Counted from the stretch's first letter, positions 18,997 to 29,373 are shown. The stretch is DNA of 53,085 bases from an uncultured Pseudomonadales bacterium (GCA_964511175.1 CAZEEI010000004.1:93401-146485); one strand, 5' to 3'. Notes: generated by a model from the sequence alone, not told the origin. Numbers and translations are program-made.

Positions 18997-19409
18997 CGCC
19001 GATTCTGTTCTTGAAGTACGGTAGCATCCTGCAAATCCAGAGTGAAATCGACTGGTGGAAAAGAAAGTTCGGTTTGGCCAGGATCGGCCAATTCGATGTC
19101 GGCTTGAAGTAAAGCAAAGCGCCGCTCCAACTCACTAACTACCAGTGGTGAAGGGGATGGCGTCGGCGTAGCTAAAACCTGCGCTTGTTTATCGGTGCTG
19201 CGGTTGATTAACATCAACCCTACTACCGCCAAAATTAACAAGAGGGCAATCAGTCCCGACAGAACTTTAATCCACCGCGGCGGCGCTGGTTTGACTGCGG
19301 TAGTGGCCTCGGCCGAAACCGAAGTAGAAGGTAAAACCACCGACTCTTCACCAAAAAAAGTTTGGTCTAGGTCTTCTACAGCCGGTATTTGAGGATTAGT
19401 TTGTTTCAT
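18993..19409 (-). CDS. Membrane-anchored protein, function unknown
   Basis: 138 aa with one central TM helix (WIKVLSGLIALLLILAVVGLMLI). 4-nt overlaps with the upstream gene and with trmD's end. Confidence 0.5.
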   Translation of the reverse strand: MKQTNPQIPAVEDLDQTFFGEESVVLPSTSVSAEATTAVKPAPPRWIKVLSGLIALLLILAVVGLMLINRSTDKQAQVLATPTPSPSPLVVSELERRFALLQADIELADPGQTELSFPPVDFTLDLQDATVLQEQNRR

Positions 19410-20257
19410 AAACCCTTCGCTGTCTCCTGCAAAAATGAATCAGCTTGGCGCAACTCCAGATAAACCGGTTCTACCTCACTTTGAAAAGAACGATAATTCT
19501 GGTCGGTTAGAGAACCGCGATCCACTAACTGGCGGTATTTAACTAAGGCTACGTTTAAACTATCGGCAGCGTTCTGTAAAAGACGATCTGCCTCCTGTAA
19601 ACCCCGTTGTTTAATTGCCCGGTCGGCAGCGGAAATCTGAGCTGTCTCAACCATGGTTGCCAAGTCTTTTTGCAGGAGATTGGCAGTATCGATCGCCGTT
19701 TGTAATTGGCCAATCTTCACAATCTCGAGGGAGGCGTAGGCCGTGGTAAGAAAAGTACCTTTGGCGTCATTAAGCAGCACCAAGTGATCATTAATAGCGG
19801 CACGCGTATCCAATCCCGGAATTTGCTCTTGGTAAGTGGTTAGTTGGGAGAGAAGCCCGGCCACTAAATTCAGCACTCTTTCTTTGTCGACCAACTCGGC
19901 GCCCCTAATTTGTAAAACCGAAAGATGCAGGTAAGTAAGGTAGATCCGCAGTAATTCAGCACGGGCAGTCATCACGTCTTTACCACGGCGAATCGCTTCA
20001 TCTTGGGCGGCTAACGTATTCAATTGATAGTAAGTTTGTTGGGCAATAAGATATTTTTCCACGCTATCGCGGTAGGTCTCTACGGCGGCAAAATATTGGC
20101 GGGTAGTTTGCTCCACTAAGGTTGAATCAACGGTAATATCACTTACTACTGGGGTGGCTTCCTGCGTGGGTGATTGCGCCCGTACCAAACCTGACTCAGA
20201 TAAAACGAGTGGTAAAAACAAAAAGGCACCAATTAGCCAACCAGCAAAACGACGCAT
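19406..20257 (-). CDS. Secreted alpha-helical protein, function unknown
   Basis: Signal peptide MRRFAGWLIGAFLFLPLVLSESGLVRAQ followed by heptad-like helical sequence. Confidence 0.55.
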   Translation of the reverse strand: MRRFAGWLIGAFLFLPLVLSESGLVRAQSPTQEATPVVSDITVDSTLVEQTTRQYFAAVETYRDSVEKYLIAQQTYYQLNTLAAQDEAIRRGKDVMTARAELLRIYLTYLHLSVLQIRGAELVDKERVLNLVAGLLSQLTTYQEQIPGLDTRAAINDHLVLLNDAKGTFLTTAYASLEIVKIGQLQTAIDTANLLQKDLATMVETAQISAADRAIKQRGLQEADRLLQNAADSLNVALVKYRQLVDRGSLTDQNYRSFQSEVEPVYLELRQADSFLQETAKGL

Positions 20258-20332
20258 ATTAATCTGAGTTTAGCAAATAAAAATATCTGGTACCAGCCGC
20301 CGTCTTTGTTATAATACAGTTCGATATATTAA

Positions 20333-20551
20333 GTGAGATTAAATAAAAATATGGTTGTCTCTACACTCGAATTAACCCGCGCTTTAATTGATCAAACTGA
20401 AACTAAAACAAAGGAAATGGCGGCTCTACCAACCATTAACTGCCACTCCTTTACTCTAACGATTGGTTTGTGCCACCTTGATTTGCCGTGGATCCAGCGG
20501 TCAGATGAAATTAAATTAGCTATCTTCAACATCATTTATTCAGAGTGGTAA
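20333..20551 (+). CDS. Small hypothetical protein
   Basis: 72-aa ORF (GTG 20333, or ATG 20351) downstream of TATAAT at 20310-20315. No homology recognised. Confidence 0.3.
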   Translation: MRLNKNMVVSTLELTRALIDQTETKTKEMAALPTINCHSFTLTIGLCHLDLPWIQRSDEIKLAIFNIIYSEW

Positions 20552-20952
20552 AACAATACAGCGTTCCATTGAGTTCGACAGAACAATGTCTGAGCGCGTT
20601 AATTTTAATGCTAAAGGAAAATAAGCTTATTTCTTTTCACGTCATGGAGGGTTCACTACCAAATGCCGAGTGCTTGCATTCCGGTTTAATCGCCCCTCAG
20701 GAGTTACAGCTGGAATCTGCCGATATTGATTCTCTGCGTGTTTTGGAGAGAGAGGCCTCCAGCAATTATGCCGCCCATCATCGCGATTTTTCCTGCCAAG
20801 TTGGGTATCGAACCTTAGCGAGAGCTGTGACTTATTATCGTAACCGATATAAGGATAACTGTTATTTACGTTATCTAGTGTGGAACCAAAGTGTCAAAAA
20901 ATATTTCGTTTTTCAGCAGGCAAACCTAAGTCAGTTTTTAAACCAGCGTTAG
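20545..20952 (+). CDS. Hypothetical protein
   Basis: 135-aa ORF with a GTG start overlapping the upstream stop by 7 nt. No homology recognised. Confidence 0.4.
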   Translation: MVKQYSVPLSSTEQCLSALILMLKENKLISFHVMEGSLPNAECLHSGLIAPQELQLESADIDSLRVLEREASSNYAAHHRDFSCQVGYRTLARAVTYYRNRYKDNCYLRYLVWNQSVKKYFVFQQANLSQFLNQR

Positions 20953-21674
20953 TGATCCACCCGCAAAGCCCGTTCCCGCGCAAAAACGGTGGCTTCAAAC
21001 AGAGACTCAAAAGTACCGGTATCCAACCAGCGACCTGGTACCTGTGCTACGTCCAGTAAACCTTCCTGCAGATAAAGCAGGTTTAGATCAGTAATTTCCA
21101 GCTCGCCGCGCGGCGAAGGCTGTAGTGATCCGGCACGCTGAACCACCGTATTGTCATAGATGTAGAGACCAGTTACGGCAAAATTAGAGGTCGGGTGTTC
21201 TGGTTTCTCCACAATCGAAATGGCACGGTTATGCTCATCAAACTCCACTACCCCAAAGCGTTCTGGATCCGGCACTTTCTTAGCAAAAACACGAGCACCG
21301 CTCTGGAAAGATTGAATGGCTTCCTTAAAGTTATCTTCAAATAAATTATCGCCTAAAATCATGGTTACCGGATCATCACCAATAAAGTTGCGTCCCACCA
21401 GGAAAGCTTGAGCCAAGCCCTCTGGTTTATCCTGGATTTCGTAAGTAAACTTGCAATCAAATTCCTTGCCGCTACCCAGTAGTTTCAAAAAATCGCCAGC
21501 GTGGTCAGGAGCAACAATCACTAAAATGTCCCTTATTCCCGCCTGCCGCAGGGTATTGAGCGGATAATAAATCATGGGTTGATTGTAAATCGGCAACAAT
21601 TGCTTACTGGTAACACTGGTTAGGGGCCGCAGGCGGGAACCGGAACCACCGGCCAAAATAATACCTTTCATCAT
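20949..21674 (-). CDS. rfbA: Glucose-1-phosphate thymidylyltransferase (short form)
   Basis: [52 protein letters not shown] is the canonical RmlA N-terminus. Start moved to 21674, because the ORF extension to 21806 overlaps the upstream gene. Confidence 0.9.
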   Translation of the reverse strand: MMKGIILAGGSGSRLRPLTSVTSKQLLPIYNQPMIYYPLNTLRQAGIRDILVIVAPDHAGDFLKLLGSGKEFDCKFTYEIQDKPEGLAQAFLVGRNFIGDDPVTMILGDNLFEDNFKEAIQSFQSGARVFAKKVPDPERFGVVEFDEHNRAISIVEKPEHPTSNFAVTGLYIYDNTVVQRAGSLQPSPRGELEITDLNLLYLQEGLLDVAQVPGRWLDTGTFESLFEATVFARERALRVDH

Positions 21675-21688
21675 ATGCGTTAAGGTTA

Positions 21689-23089
21689 TCACAAAACCGA
21701 CGGTTGCCAAGGAGTCCCCTGATTTTGTCCAAGATTGGAACGCCAAAAACGGGTCACCGCCAAACAGGCAGGGGAATCGATTGCACAGGTTGACCAGTTG
21801 GACCAATCATCGCCAGGTAGATTAAGGTGTAGGCGTTGAGCGGCAGCGCGTTTTTGCAATACAGCGTCATTGCGGCCGGCCTGCCAGCTACCGGCCGGGG
21901 TATGGTCCAACTCCACCCCATTTTGGGCGCGCAGTACCAACTCAGCTTGGTCATTATTTAGCGATAATGAACTAGTGACCCAATCTGCATCGCGCGCCAA
22001 CTGAGTCTTATTACCGGCTAACCGGCCGATCACCACGTAGCCATATGGTTCAATTACCAGCTCGACGTTAATCAATAAGGTGTTGCCGCCCATAACGGCG
22101 TGTTCTATTTTGGCGCCGCGCAGGTTGAAACGCTGGTTAGTTGGATTGGCCAACTCCAACCATTCGTCGTTACTAACACTTTGTTCGCCATTAAAACTGC
22201 CGGCCCACATTACTTCCGAAATTACTACCTCGCCGGCCTGGGTCGGTTTAACGGCGGGCGGCAAACTGAGCGGTGTCAACGTGTCATTAGGGTAAAGGGC
22301 AAATAAGTTCTGACCGGTTAAGGCGCGGACCGGCCAGTAGCGCTGTTGACCCGGCAGTTGCCAACAACGACTTGAGGGCTGAGTAAAAAATAAATCAGCC
22401 ATAGCCAAACAATCAGCCAGCGGTTTAGTTTGGGTAGGCGTTGGTTGCGACCCTGAGCTTATCCGGTACTCAAATCCCACCGATTCAGTAGAGGTTGGCA
22501 ACAATGCTGTTAACACGTCACCCCAACTATCAAGATCAACCAAATCTAAACCGATGGTGGTCAACCAGGGACTAGTTTGCGCTGAACCTAACCGAACGGT
22601 ATCACCAGCTGAGGGCAGTAGAAACCGCAGTTCGATCGGTTCGCGTCCAGATGATAAAAATAAATCGAGGTTAGCATCGGCTGCCGCTAAATTGGCACCT
22701 ACCACGCCACCCACTCTGGCCAGCACTAATGGTTTTTCCGCAAAAGTACTGTCACGCGTTATTATCCAGCGAATATTTGTCTCCGGATCACAGTCCGGTA
22801 AAACCAACCAAGATGCTAAGACCGAATCATCTTCCGCCGTAATTCTGGCCGCCTCCGTCTCGGCCGAAACCGTGGCTTGGTTAGTTATAGCCAATTGGTA
22901 CATCGCTAGGCGGCGGCAACGTGATTGATCGGCGAGAGGCAAATCTAGGATCCAGCCAGGAGTAGAAAACACCACATTACCGATAGCACCGCTGTTCAAA
23001 CTAGCGCCGCGCACTCGTTGCCAACTTAGACAAAAGAAACAGGCAGCAGCCGTCCAAATGAACCACCACAGCCAACGCGTCTCACTCAT
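21689..23089 (-). CDS. Secreted protein with C-terminal lamin-tail domain (LTD)
   Basis: N-terminal signal/anchor. C-terminal ..[37 protein letters not shown].. matches the LTD pattern (ISEV..DEW[IL]EL.NP...[DN]L.G). Confidence 0.65.
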   Translation of the reverse strand: MSETRWLWWFIWTAAACFFCLSWQRVRGASLNSGAIGNVVFSTPGWILDLPLADQSRCRRLAMYQLAITNQATVSAETEAARITAEDDSVLASWLVLPDCDPETNIRWIITRDSTFAEKPLVLARVGGVVGANLAAADANLDLFLSSGREPIELRFLLPSAGDTVRLGSAQTSPWLTTIGLDLVDLDSWGDVLTALLPTSTESVGFEYRISSGSQPTPTQTKPLADCLAMADLFFTQPSSRCWQLPGQQRYWPVRALTGQNLFALYPNDTLTPLSLPPAVKPTQAGEVVISEVMWAGSFNGEQSVSNDEWLELANPTNQRFNLRGAKIEHAVMGGNTLLINVELVIEPYGYVVIGRLAGNKTQLARDADWVTSSLSLNNDQAELVLRAQNGVELDHTPAGSWQAGRNDAVLQKRAAAQRLHLNLPGDDWSNWSTCAIDSPACLAVTRFWRSNLGQNQGTPWQPSVL

Positions 23090-23090
23090 T

Positions 23091-23327
23091 TTACCGCCGC
23101 GCCAGCAATTGTTGCCAATTAATCAATTCCCACCAGGTAAAAATTAGGAGCGGTAAGGCCACTAGAGAAATAAAACCCGCCGGTGTTGAACCAGTGAGAG
23201 CCAGCCAGTGTACTAGTGGGAGTAGCGCCGCGGGCGGTACCGCCCGCGGCGCGATCAACAAACCACAAACCGCAATCACGTACAGCCAAAGCAGGATTTT
23301 AAGGATTGTCACTAACAACTGAACCAT
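23091..23327 (-). CDS. Small two-TM membrane protein
   Basis: 78 aa, hydrophobic, lying between two secreted-protein genes with 1-11 nt gaps. Confidence 0.45.
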   Translation of the reverse strand: MVQLLVTILKILLWLYVIAVCGLLIAPRAVPPAALLPLVHWLALTGSTPAGFISLVALPLLIFTWWELINWQQLLARR

Positions 23328-23338
23328 ATTCTTTAACC

Positions 23339-23956
23339 CTAGAAGTCTGCCACCACCTCACCAGTAATTAGGTAGTTGGCGGTTGTACTTTTACCCATCG
23401 CTTCATTACCAACCGGGCCGTCCATCACTAAAGGGCCATCACCGTCGGGGTCAACCGGGTAGTTTGCCGGCATTAAATACTGTATTTCGATTTGTGCCTT
23501 CTCATTAGGTGATAGCGGCGGCACGGGCATTGGCCAAGGCATACTTTCCAGTTCGCCCACCGTATACCAACCACCCTCCATACCATGAGTTAAATCGGTT
23601 AAATTAATTTGGATGGCATACTTTAAGCTGTCCCAATCCTGGTCGCCACCGTGAAAAGTGCTACGTAACTGCAGGCGTTGGTAAGTGTCGGAGTCATTAA
23701 GAATCCAAAATTTTTCCCGAACCGGCGTCATACCAGGATACATTTTGTCTGCACCCAGTAAACTAATCGTGTCGCCGAATGATTCCCGCGGGGGATCGGC
23801 GGCCGGATCAACCGATAATTTCAGGGAATGGCTGGCAGTCCGGAAAGTCAATGCTCCTGCCTGAGCCTGCGGCGTAAACATCGCCAGCACAGTGGTGGCA
23901 GCCAAAGTATAGGCAGTCAATAAAGCGGCAACCCCAACCATCATTCTTTTCTGCAT
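23339..23956 (-). CDS. Secreted protein, weakly TasA/camelysin-like
   Basis: Signal peptide MQKRMMVGVAALLTAYTLAATTVLAMFTPQAQA. Mature part has ..LLGADKMYPGMTPVREKFWILNDSD.., reminiscent of the PGD..N.G motif of the TasA/CalY fold. The resemblance is judged by eye only. Confidence 0.45.
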   Translation of the reverse strand: MQKRMMVGVAALLTAYTLAATTVLAMFTPQAQAGALTFRTASHSLKLSVDPAADPPRESFGDTISLLGADKMYPGMTPVREKFWILNDSDTYQRLQLRSTFHGGDQDWDSLKYAIQINLTDLTHGMEGGWYTVGELESMPWPMPVPPLSPNEKAQIEIQYLMPANYPVDPDGDGPLVMDGPVGNEAMGKSTTANYLITGEVVADF

Positions 23957-24020
23957 ACCGTTCCTTTCGTTATTTGGAATCAGCATGCACCTCAAATCTG
24001 ACCACATTCTGACTGAAAGA

Positions 24021-24049
24021 TTGAGTTTTCAGGGGTAGTCGGCTATAAT
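24021..24049 (+). promoter_or_regulatory. Sigma-70 promoter of tRNA-Glu
   Basis: TTGAGT (24021-24026), 17-nt spacer, TATAAT (24044-24049), 12 nt before the tRNA 5' end. Confidence 0.6.
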
Positions 24050-24061
24050 TCTGCTTGGTTT

Positions 24062-24134
24062 GGCCCCATCGTCTAGAGGCCTAGGACGGCAGGTTCTCAT
24101 CCTGCAAACCGCGATTCGAATTCGCGTGGGGTCA
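24062..24134 (+). tRNA. tRNA-Glu (anticodon CUC)
   Basis: Cloverleaf folded by hand. Acceptor GGCCCCA/TGGGGTC, D-arm GTCT..GGAC, anticodon stem GCAGG/CCTGC with loop TTCTCAT, T-arm CGCGA-TTCGAAT-TCGCG, discriminator A. CCA is not encoded. Confidence 0.9.
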
Positions 24135-24198
24135 CATTTGAGATGTTTTGTCCTGCATTTTCATCCTAAATCCGCGCTAATATTCTTGTTTCCCGCGG

Positions 24199-25428
24199 AT
24201 GGCTATAATACATCCCATGTTGGCTCGCTTGCTTCATTCAGAAAAACGCAATATCTACCTATTTTGGATTCTCACAGCCACAATGAATTGCTGGTTTATT
24301 GCCAGTAACTGGATCTACTTTTGGACCAAGTACATGACGTATGGACAGCTCGGCTGGATCGATGCGCTTGGATTCGGGTTTGGTATGCTACTGGAAATCC
24401 CTTCAGGGGCTGTTGCCGATCTTCTTGGTAAACGAAAAACTATTCTGTTCGGCTTACTTTCTGGTGCAATGGGTGTAGTACTGATCACCTTCTCAGGAAG
24501 CCTTACCGGAATTTTTATTGGCTGGCTTATCACCCAAATCTGTTTTGCATTCTATTCAGGAGCCGCAGAAGCCCTGGCTTACGACACGCTGGTTGACCTG
24601 AAAAAAGAACATGAATATGACCGAATCATTTCCCGCAATAGTGAGATCGAAAGTTACACCGGAGCAATTACCACATTTCTGGGTGGTTTCCTCTATGTAG
24701 TTAATTTCCGTCTTCCCCATATGTTTTGGGGATTAAGTTTCTTGGTTGGCGCAATATTTGCTTACTTTTTAATAGAACCAAAAGTTGATACGGAAAAGTT
24801 TTCCGGCAAAAAATATTTTCGTCAACTTGGCGTCGGATTTATGGAACTCACTCAACCCGCTTTACGCAAATACATTGGCTTCTTTTTTGCACTTATTGGC
24901 GTATATTTTCTGTATTCATGGGGATTTATTCGTCCAGCCATGGCCACTAGTTTCGGTTTCTTCGCCGAATACCAGGCAGTGATTTTACCCTTATTAGCTT
25001 TGTTAGGAGCGCTGGTTGTTCGTACGATTCCTTGGCTTAAACCTAGAATCTCGGAATTTAAGGGGCTGCTGGTACTTTCTCTAATAATGGTGGTGGGCTT
25101 TTTCGCTGCCTCATTTCCGATCGGGTACTTTGGCATTATTCCGATGATTTTGATTGCCATAGCAGGATACCTGGCTACACCCTGGGTCTCGATCATTGTG
25201 AACAAAAACATTCAGTCCAGATATCGGGCCACAACACTCTCCACGCTAGCTCTTATAACCAAAATTCCGTATGTCCTGATAGCTGTTCTGGCAGGAAAAC
25301 TTATTGAGGAGGGGAGATTGGCAACATTCACCCTTTCAACTTCCGGAATTATCCTGTTTGTCGCTGTGGTTAGTACACTCTATGTAATCTTCAGCAAAAA
25401 GAGTAAGGTAAGAAAACTGTCATATTAA
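24199..25428 (+). CDS. MFS transporter
   Basis: About 12 hydrophobic helices with the loop 2-3 motif GAVADLLGKRKT. Confidence 0.8.
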   Translation: MAIIHPMLARLLHSEKRNIYLFWILTATMNCWFIASNWIYFWTKYMTYGQLGWIDALGFGFGMLLEIPSGAVADLLGKRKTILFGLLSGAMGVVLITFSGSLTGIFIGWLITQICFAFYSGAAEALAYDTLVDLKKEHEYDRIISRNSEIESYTGAITTFLGGFLYVVNFRLPHMFWGLSFLVGAIFAYFLIEPKVDTEKFSGKKYFRQLGVGFMELTQPALRKYIGFFFALIGVYFLYSWGFIRPAMATSFGFFAEYQAVILPLLALLGALVVRTIPWLKPRISEFKGLLVLSLIMVVGFFAASFPIGYFGIIPMILIAIAGYLATPWVSIIVNKNIQSRYRATTLSTLALITKIPYVLIAVLAGKLIEEGRLATFTLSTSGIILFVAVVSTLYVIFSKKSKVRKLSY

Positions 25429-25441
25429 GAAAATAGGCTTC

Positions 25442-26596
25442 ATGCTTCATTCGAATATAAAAGTTCTTACTTGGTTTAATTTCTTCACCGACTTTAAACT
25501 TTACGCGCCGATTGCGGTTATCTATTTCTCCCAGGTAACGTCTTCTTTCGCCCTCGGAATGAGTATTTTCTCTATCGCCATGATTGCCGCCGCGCTTTTT
25601 GAAATTCCTACCGGTGTTTTTTCTGACCGAATAGGCAGGCGAAAGACGGTAATATTAGGGGCCTTTGCCGCGGTTCTTTGTTCCATTTTTTATGCCATCG
25701 GCCAATCATTTTGGATACTCGCCGTCGGTGCTGTTCTGGAAGGACTGTCCCGCTCCTTTTACAGCGGCAACAATGACGCATTACTTCACGACACCCTCGC
25801 TCAGACCAACGAAAAGCATCAATATAGCGAGTTTCTGGGGCGGGTGAGTGCTATGTTCCAAGCCGCGCTGGCAGTCTCAGCCATCTTGGGCGGTATATTG
25901 GCGACTTGGTCATTTTCCCTAATCATGTGGCTGTCGGTAATACCGCAATTAATTTGTTTCTTTTTAGCATTTAGACTCATCGAACCCACGCTTCGCTCCA
26001 GGCAAAGCGGCAATATCTACCAACACTTGCGGACTGCCTACCAAAATTTTCTGACTAATAGAAAGCTCAGACTACTGAGTACGGCCTCTATTGCGGGGTA
26101 TGCCTTTGGCGAGTCAGCCTATCAATTTCAGGCCGCTTTTTATAACACGGTGTGGCCGGTGTGGGCGATCGGTATTGCCAAAACCTTGTCCAACCTGGGG
26201 GCAGCAACCAGTTTTCATTTTAGCGGCAGACTGATGAAAAAGTATAACCCTCTAAAAATTTTGATCGTCGACAACATTTACAGTCGAATCATCAACACCT
26301 TCGCCACTGCTTTCCCCACCGTCTTATCTCCCTTACTAATGTCCTCAACGTCAGTGTTTTTTGGCGTAACCAGCGTGGCCAAAAACTCTCTTTTACAAAA
26401 AGAGTTTGCTCATGAACAGAGGGCAACGATGAGCTCCTTGAATTCTTTTGCCGGAAGTATTGTCTTCGGCATTATTGCCTTTGCTCTAGGATTCCTGGCT
26501 GACCAAATATCTCCCGCCCACGCCTTGGTCGTACTGCAGATTTTCCAACTAGGGAACTTATGGTTATATTGGCGAGTCTTTAAAAATAGGGAATAA
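25442..26596 (+). CDS. MFS transporter (paralogous to upstream gene)
   Basis: About 12 helices with the loop 2-3 motif GVFSDRIGRRKT. Lies 13 nt after the first MFS gene. Confidence 0.8.
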   Translation: MLHSNIKVLTWFNFFTDFKLYAPIAVIYFSQVTSSFALGMSIFSIAMIAAALFEIPTGVFSDRIGRRKTVILGAFAAVLCSIFYAIGQSFWILAVGAVLEGLSRSFYSGNNDALLHDTLAQTNEKHQYSEFLGRVSAMFQAALAVSAILGGILATWSFSLIMWLSVIPQLICFFLAFRLIEPTLRSRQSGNIYQHLRTAYQNFLTNRKLRLLSTASIAGYAFGESAYQFQAAFYNTVWPVWAIGIAKTLSNLGAATSFHFSGRLMKKYNPLKILIVDNIYSRIINTFATAFPTVLSPLLMSSTSVFFGVTSVAKNSLLQKEFAHEQRATMSSLNSFAGSIVFGIIAFALGFLADQISPAHALVVLQIFQLGNLWLYWRVFKNRE

Positions 26597-26652
26597 TTAT
26601 CGATTACACAAGTCCAATTGACCCGAAAACTTATCTAAAACTAATATGCCGC

Positions 26653-26955
26653 TTATTTTCTAGAATATTTGGATCGAAACATCTCGCCAAGCCGCTCCTG
26701 GTCTTCCTGCGCTTCCCGCTTCATGTCTTGCAAAAAGGCTTCTCCTTGCGTTAGCGCCTCACCGCGGTCAGACCAAACAAATGTACTTCTGCTTGAGAAT
26801 TCCGTTTTAACAGTAGCCATCCAGCCAGTTTGGGATGGATCAAAACGGCCCTCAACACGTTGTAGAAAAACACGATAGCGCCCATCTGTTACAGCCGGCA
26901 TGGGATCTTCCATGATAACCCGTATTCCACCCCCACGTATTTCAATTCTTGACAT
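26653..26955 (-). CDS. Hypothetical protein (100 aa)
   Basis: Start set at the ATG preceded by GAAGGGAG (SD). Last gene of the NrtR-headed gene string. Confidence 0.45.
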   Translation of the reverse strand: MSRIEIRGGGIRVIMEDPMPAVTDGRYRVFLQRVEGRFDPSQTGWMATVKTEFSSRSTFVWSDRGEALTQGEAFLQDMKREAQEDQERLGEMFRSKYSRK

Positions 26956-27001
26956 ATTACTCCCTTCATTATCTTTGCAATTGTACCAAACGTATAAACT
27001 T

Positions 27002-27628
27002 TTACGGTTCAATACCTATTTTTCTCGCCAACTCTTGTGCCGACTGGTCCGGTGCAGTCGGATCATATAGAAAAGTTTGCCAACCTCTTTTTTGCGGTAC
27101 AACCAAATTCTCTTCCATGTTATCAATGAACAGTATTTCACCAGGATCTACCTGAGCCTTTTGTTCGGCCAGCGTATATATGGCCTCATCCGGTTTGCAG
27201 TAGCCCACCACACTGGAATCAACTACCGCATTCCAGGCAAATTGCGGCAGTAAATTATGCTCACTAATTCTACTTAACATCCGGGGATACATATTGGTTA
27301 GTAAACCAAGTTGATATGAGCCACCCAGCAAACTAATCAGCTTGGCGAGGTGGGGATTAGGTTCAAAACGATTAACAAAATCCATTAACAGCGAATAATC
27401 CTCAGACAAATGAGCATTGGCATTTTCATTTAAGACTTGGACAAAATTATCGATATCATAATCAAGACTAACCCGTGTGGTATGTTTTTCCCAAAGTGAA
27501 TCAAAAAGGTGAATGGTTTCATCCGTAAAACCTAGATCCCTCTTCATTTCACGCCATTTATTATTTCCCGAAAAATCGGCAATCAGTACGCCGCCGACAT
27601 CAAAATAAATAAATTGCAAATTTGGCAT
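27002..27628 (-). CDS. HAD superfamily hydrolase (subfamily IA-like)
   Basis: Motif I variant IYFDVGGVLI, motif II LLTNM, motif IV ILFIDNMEENL. Confidence 0.75.
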   Translation of the reverse strand: MPNLQFIYFDVGGVLIADFSGNNKWREMKRDLGFTDETIHLFDSLWEKHTTRVSLDYDIDNFVQVLNENANAHLSEDYSLLMDFVNRFEPNPHLAKLISLLGGSYQLGLLTNMYPRMLSRISEHNLLPQFAWNAVVDSSVVGYCKPDEAIYTLAEQKAQVDPGEILFIDNMEENLVVPQKRGWQTFLYDPTAPDQSAQELARKIGIEP

Positions 27629-27641
27629 ATCGATAACCTAA

Positions 27642-27941
27642 TTACCGAATTCTCTCCGCTTCGTCGGCCAGAACAAAGTCTGCAAAGTTTTGCCTATTTG
27701 ATTCTAAAAAGGTTGGTCTTTCTAAAAGAAGACAAAAAATCAAACGGTGTAACCACCATTTTTCTGCTTTAAGAGATTGGAATACTGGTGCTTCCCAGCG
27801 TATCGTTTGGCGAAGTTCGGCCTCCTCAAGATCAATTTGAATAAGTCTATCTTTAATTCGGGCAATGACGGCTTGTCTTTCTGCCGTATTCCATTCACTG
27901 CTAACTACCACTCTTTTATCTTCGGAATTTGGTTCTGCCAT
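27642..27941 (-). CDS. Hypothetical protein (99 aa)
   Basis: Co-directional ORF 13 nt upstream of the HAD gene. No family recognised. Confidence 0.45.
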   Translation of the reverse strand: MAEPNSEDKRVVVSSEWNTAERQAVIARIKDRLIQIDLEEAELRQTIRWEAPVFQSLKAEKWWLHRLIFCLLLERPTFLESNRQNFADFVLADEAERIR

Positions 27942-28004
27942 ATGATTTTCCCTTTTCTTGAGGTGGATTGTAACACAAGCTAATAAGCTCTAATTTATTA
28001 GTGC

Positions 28005-28862
28005 TCAAATTCTTCTAATTATTACTGTAGGAATTTCCATGCTTTTAATAGAACGCTCAGCCTTAGTTGTCGCGCTTTCATAATCTGGCCTCAGTAATAC
28101 GTCAGTGGCCAATTTTGATAAAAATTCTCGTGGGTTTTTCTCCAGCATAGCCAGTGCCTGCCCAACAACTCTCTCATCATTGAGGAAAATCTTGATTGCT
28201 ATACCCCCAATTATATTAACTGAATCAAGGGCAACATTTCCAGTTATGATAATAGTCGTTGATCCATTAGATTGCCGAGATTCCTCTTGAAAAACCCCTA
28301 CGAACAGCACGTGACTTTTGTTAGAACGATAGTAAGTGCCTGATTTTTCGAATAAATCCGAAATTGAAAAAAGACTACGGAATTTTCTCCAAGCATCATC
28401 TTTATAATCTTCCGGCACCATATTCAGGTTGTCTTCTCTAGAAGTAAGAAGGTGCCTTCTTTCTGATGCGTACCATATTTGCTTATCTTTGATTGTTTCT
28501 AGCCTCCCATCTTCTCCCGGCTCAACTGCGGATGGATTCCCATTTTGGAACCAGTCGGCTGTACCATATACGGTATGTGCTTTGATAGCCGTTATTAATT
28601 CATCAAGCGAAGGTTCTGTTTCTGGCACACCACTATTTTCATCCCGACGCACGTTTTTTGAAGAAGACATTATCATCGCTCTAAGTTTGGCTTTTAATGA
28701 TTCCACCACGTTCTCGCCGGGATCATTTCTTTGTTTAATCTTGCCCCATTCTTCATGAAGGCGCCCGCTGACAAAAGTCGGACTACTATAACTAATAGCT
28801 TCTCGGTAAAGTTTTTTGAGTTCAGAATTAATCAGCGATGGTTTTGCTTCAATATTCACCAT
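28005..28862 (-). CDS. Hypothetical protein (285 aa)
   Basis: Long ORF whose ATG directly abuts the stop of the Nudix gene (0-nt gap). No family recognised. Confidence 0.6.
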   Translation of the reverse strand: MVNIEAKPSLINSELKKLYREAISYSSPTFVSGRLHEEWGKIKQRNDPGENVVESLKAKLRAMIMSSSKNVRRDENSGVPETEPSLDELITAIKAHTVYGTADWFQNGNPSAVEPGEDGRLETIKDKQIWYASERRHLLTSREDNLNMVPEDYKDDAWRKFRSLFSISDLFEKSGTYYRSNKSHVLFVGVFQEESRQSNGSTTIIITGNVALDSVNIIGGIAIKIFLNDERVVGQALAMLEKNPREFLSKLATDVLLRPDYESATTKAERSIKSMEIPTVIIRRI

Positions 28863-29351
28863 TTATTCCTCAATCTGTAAATCGATCAGTTCGTTGCCTT
28901 TTTCGTAGACAGCTCGATAGGAAATAATCCTTTTGTTGTCTGAAAAAAGATGGGGGATAATTTCCTTAATCTCCGCCAACATATTTTCTTTTTCCAACAT
29001 TTCTGCCGGAGATAACCAAACCAGTTCGCCGTCCTCCGGTTCCGGCATGACTTCGCCGCCAGCATAATCGGCTTCCACAAAATGGAAGAAAAATTCTTGA
29101 TCGAGGTCTTGCAGATAAGCGTTGCCCGTGGCTATCACTCTCAGGTTTTTAATATCCAAACCAGTTTCTTCTTTAATTTCCCTGCGGGCGCAAGCAAATA
29201 ATCCCTCATTAAACTCCCGGTGTCCGCCTGGAGCCATCCATACGTCCGGCATAATTCTTTTGCCGGGGTTGCGATGTAACATAAGGTACTTGCCGTCCTT
29301 TTTCACAAAACATTCCAGGGTTACGGCGATATTTCTTTTCTTGGTAGCCAT
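28863..29351 (-). CDS. NUDIX hydrolase with intact Nudix box
   Basis: GGHREFNEGLFACARREIKEETGL fits GX5EX7REUXEEXGU exactly. Start set at MATKKRNIAV.. (SD-like AAAGGGA upstream), avoiding overlap with the upstream gene. Confidence 0.85.
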   Translation of the reverse strand: MATKKRNIAVTLECFVKKDGKYLMLHRNPGKRIMPDVWMAPGGHREFNEGLFACARREIKEETGLDIKNLRVIATGNAYLQDLDQEFFFHFVEADYAGGEVMPEPEDGELVWLSPAEMLEKENMLAEIKEIIPHLFSDNKRIISYRAVYEKGNELIDLQIEE

Positions 29352-29373
29352 AGTCCCTTTATACAGCATTTCT

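Noticed and set aside
21675-21806. 44-codon N-terminal extension of rfbA.
   Set aside because: The canonical RmlA N-terminus [11 protein letters not shown] starts at 21671-21674. The extension overlaps the 3' end of the LTD protein gene.
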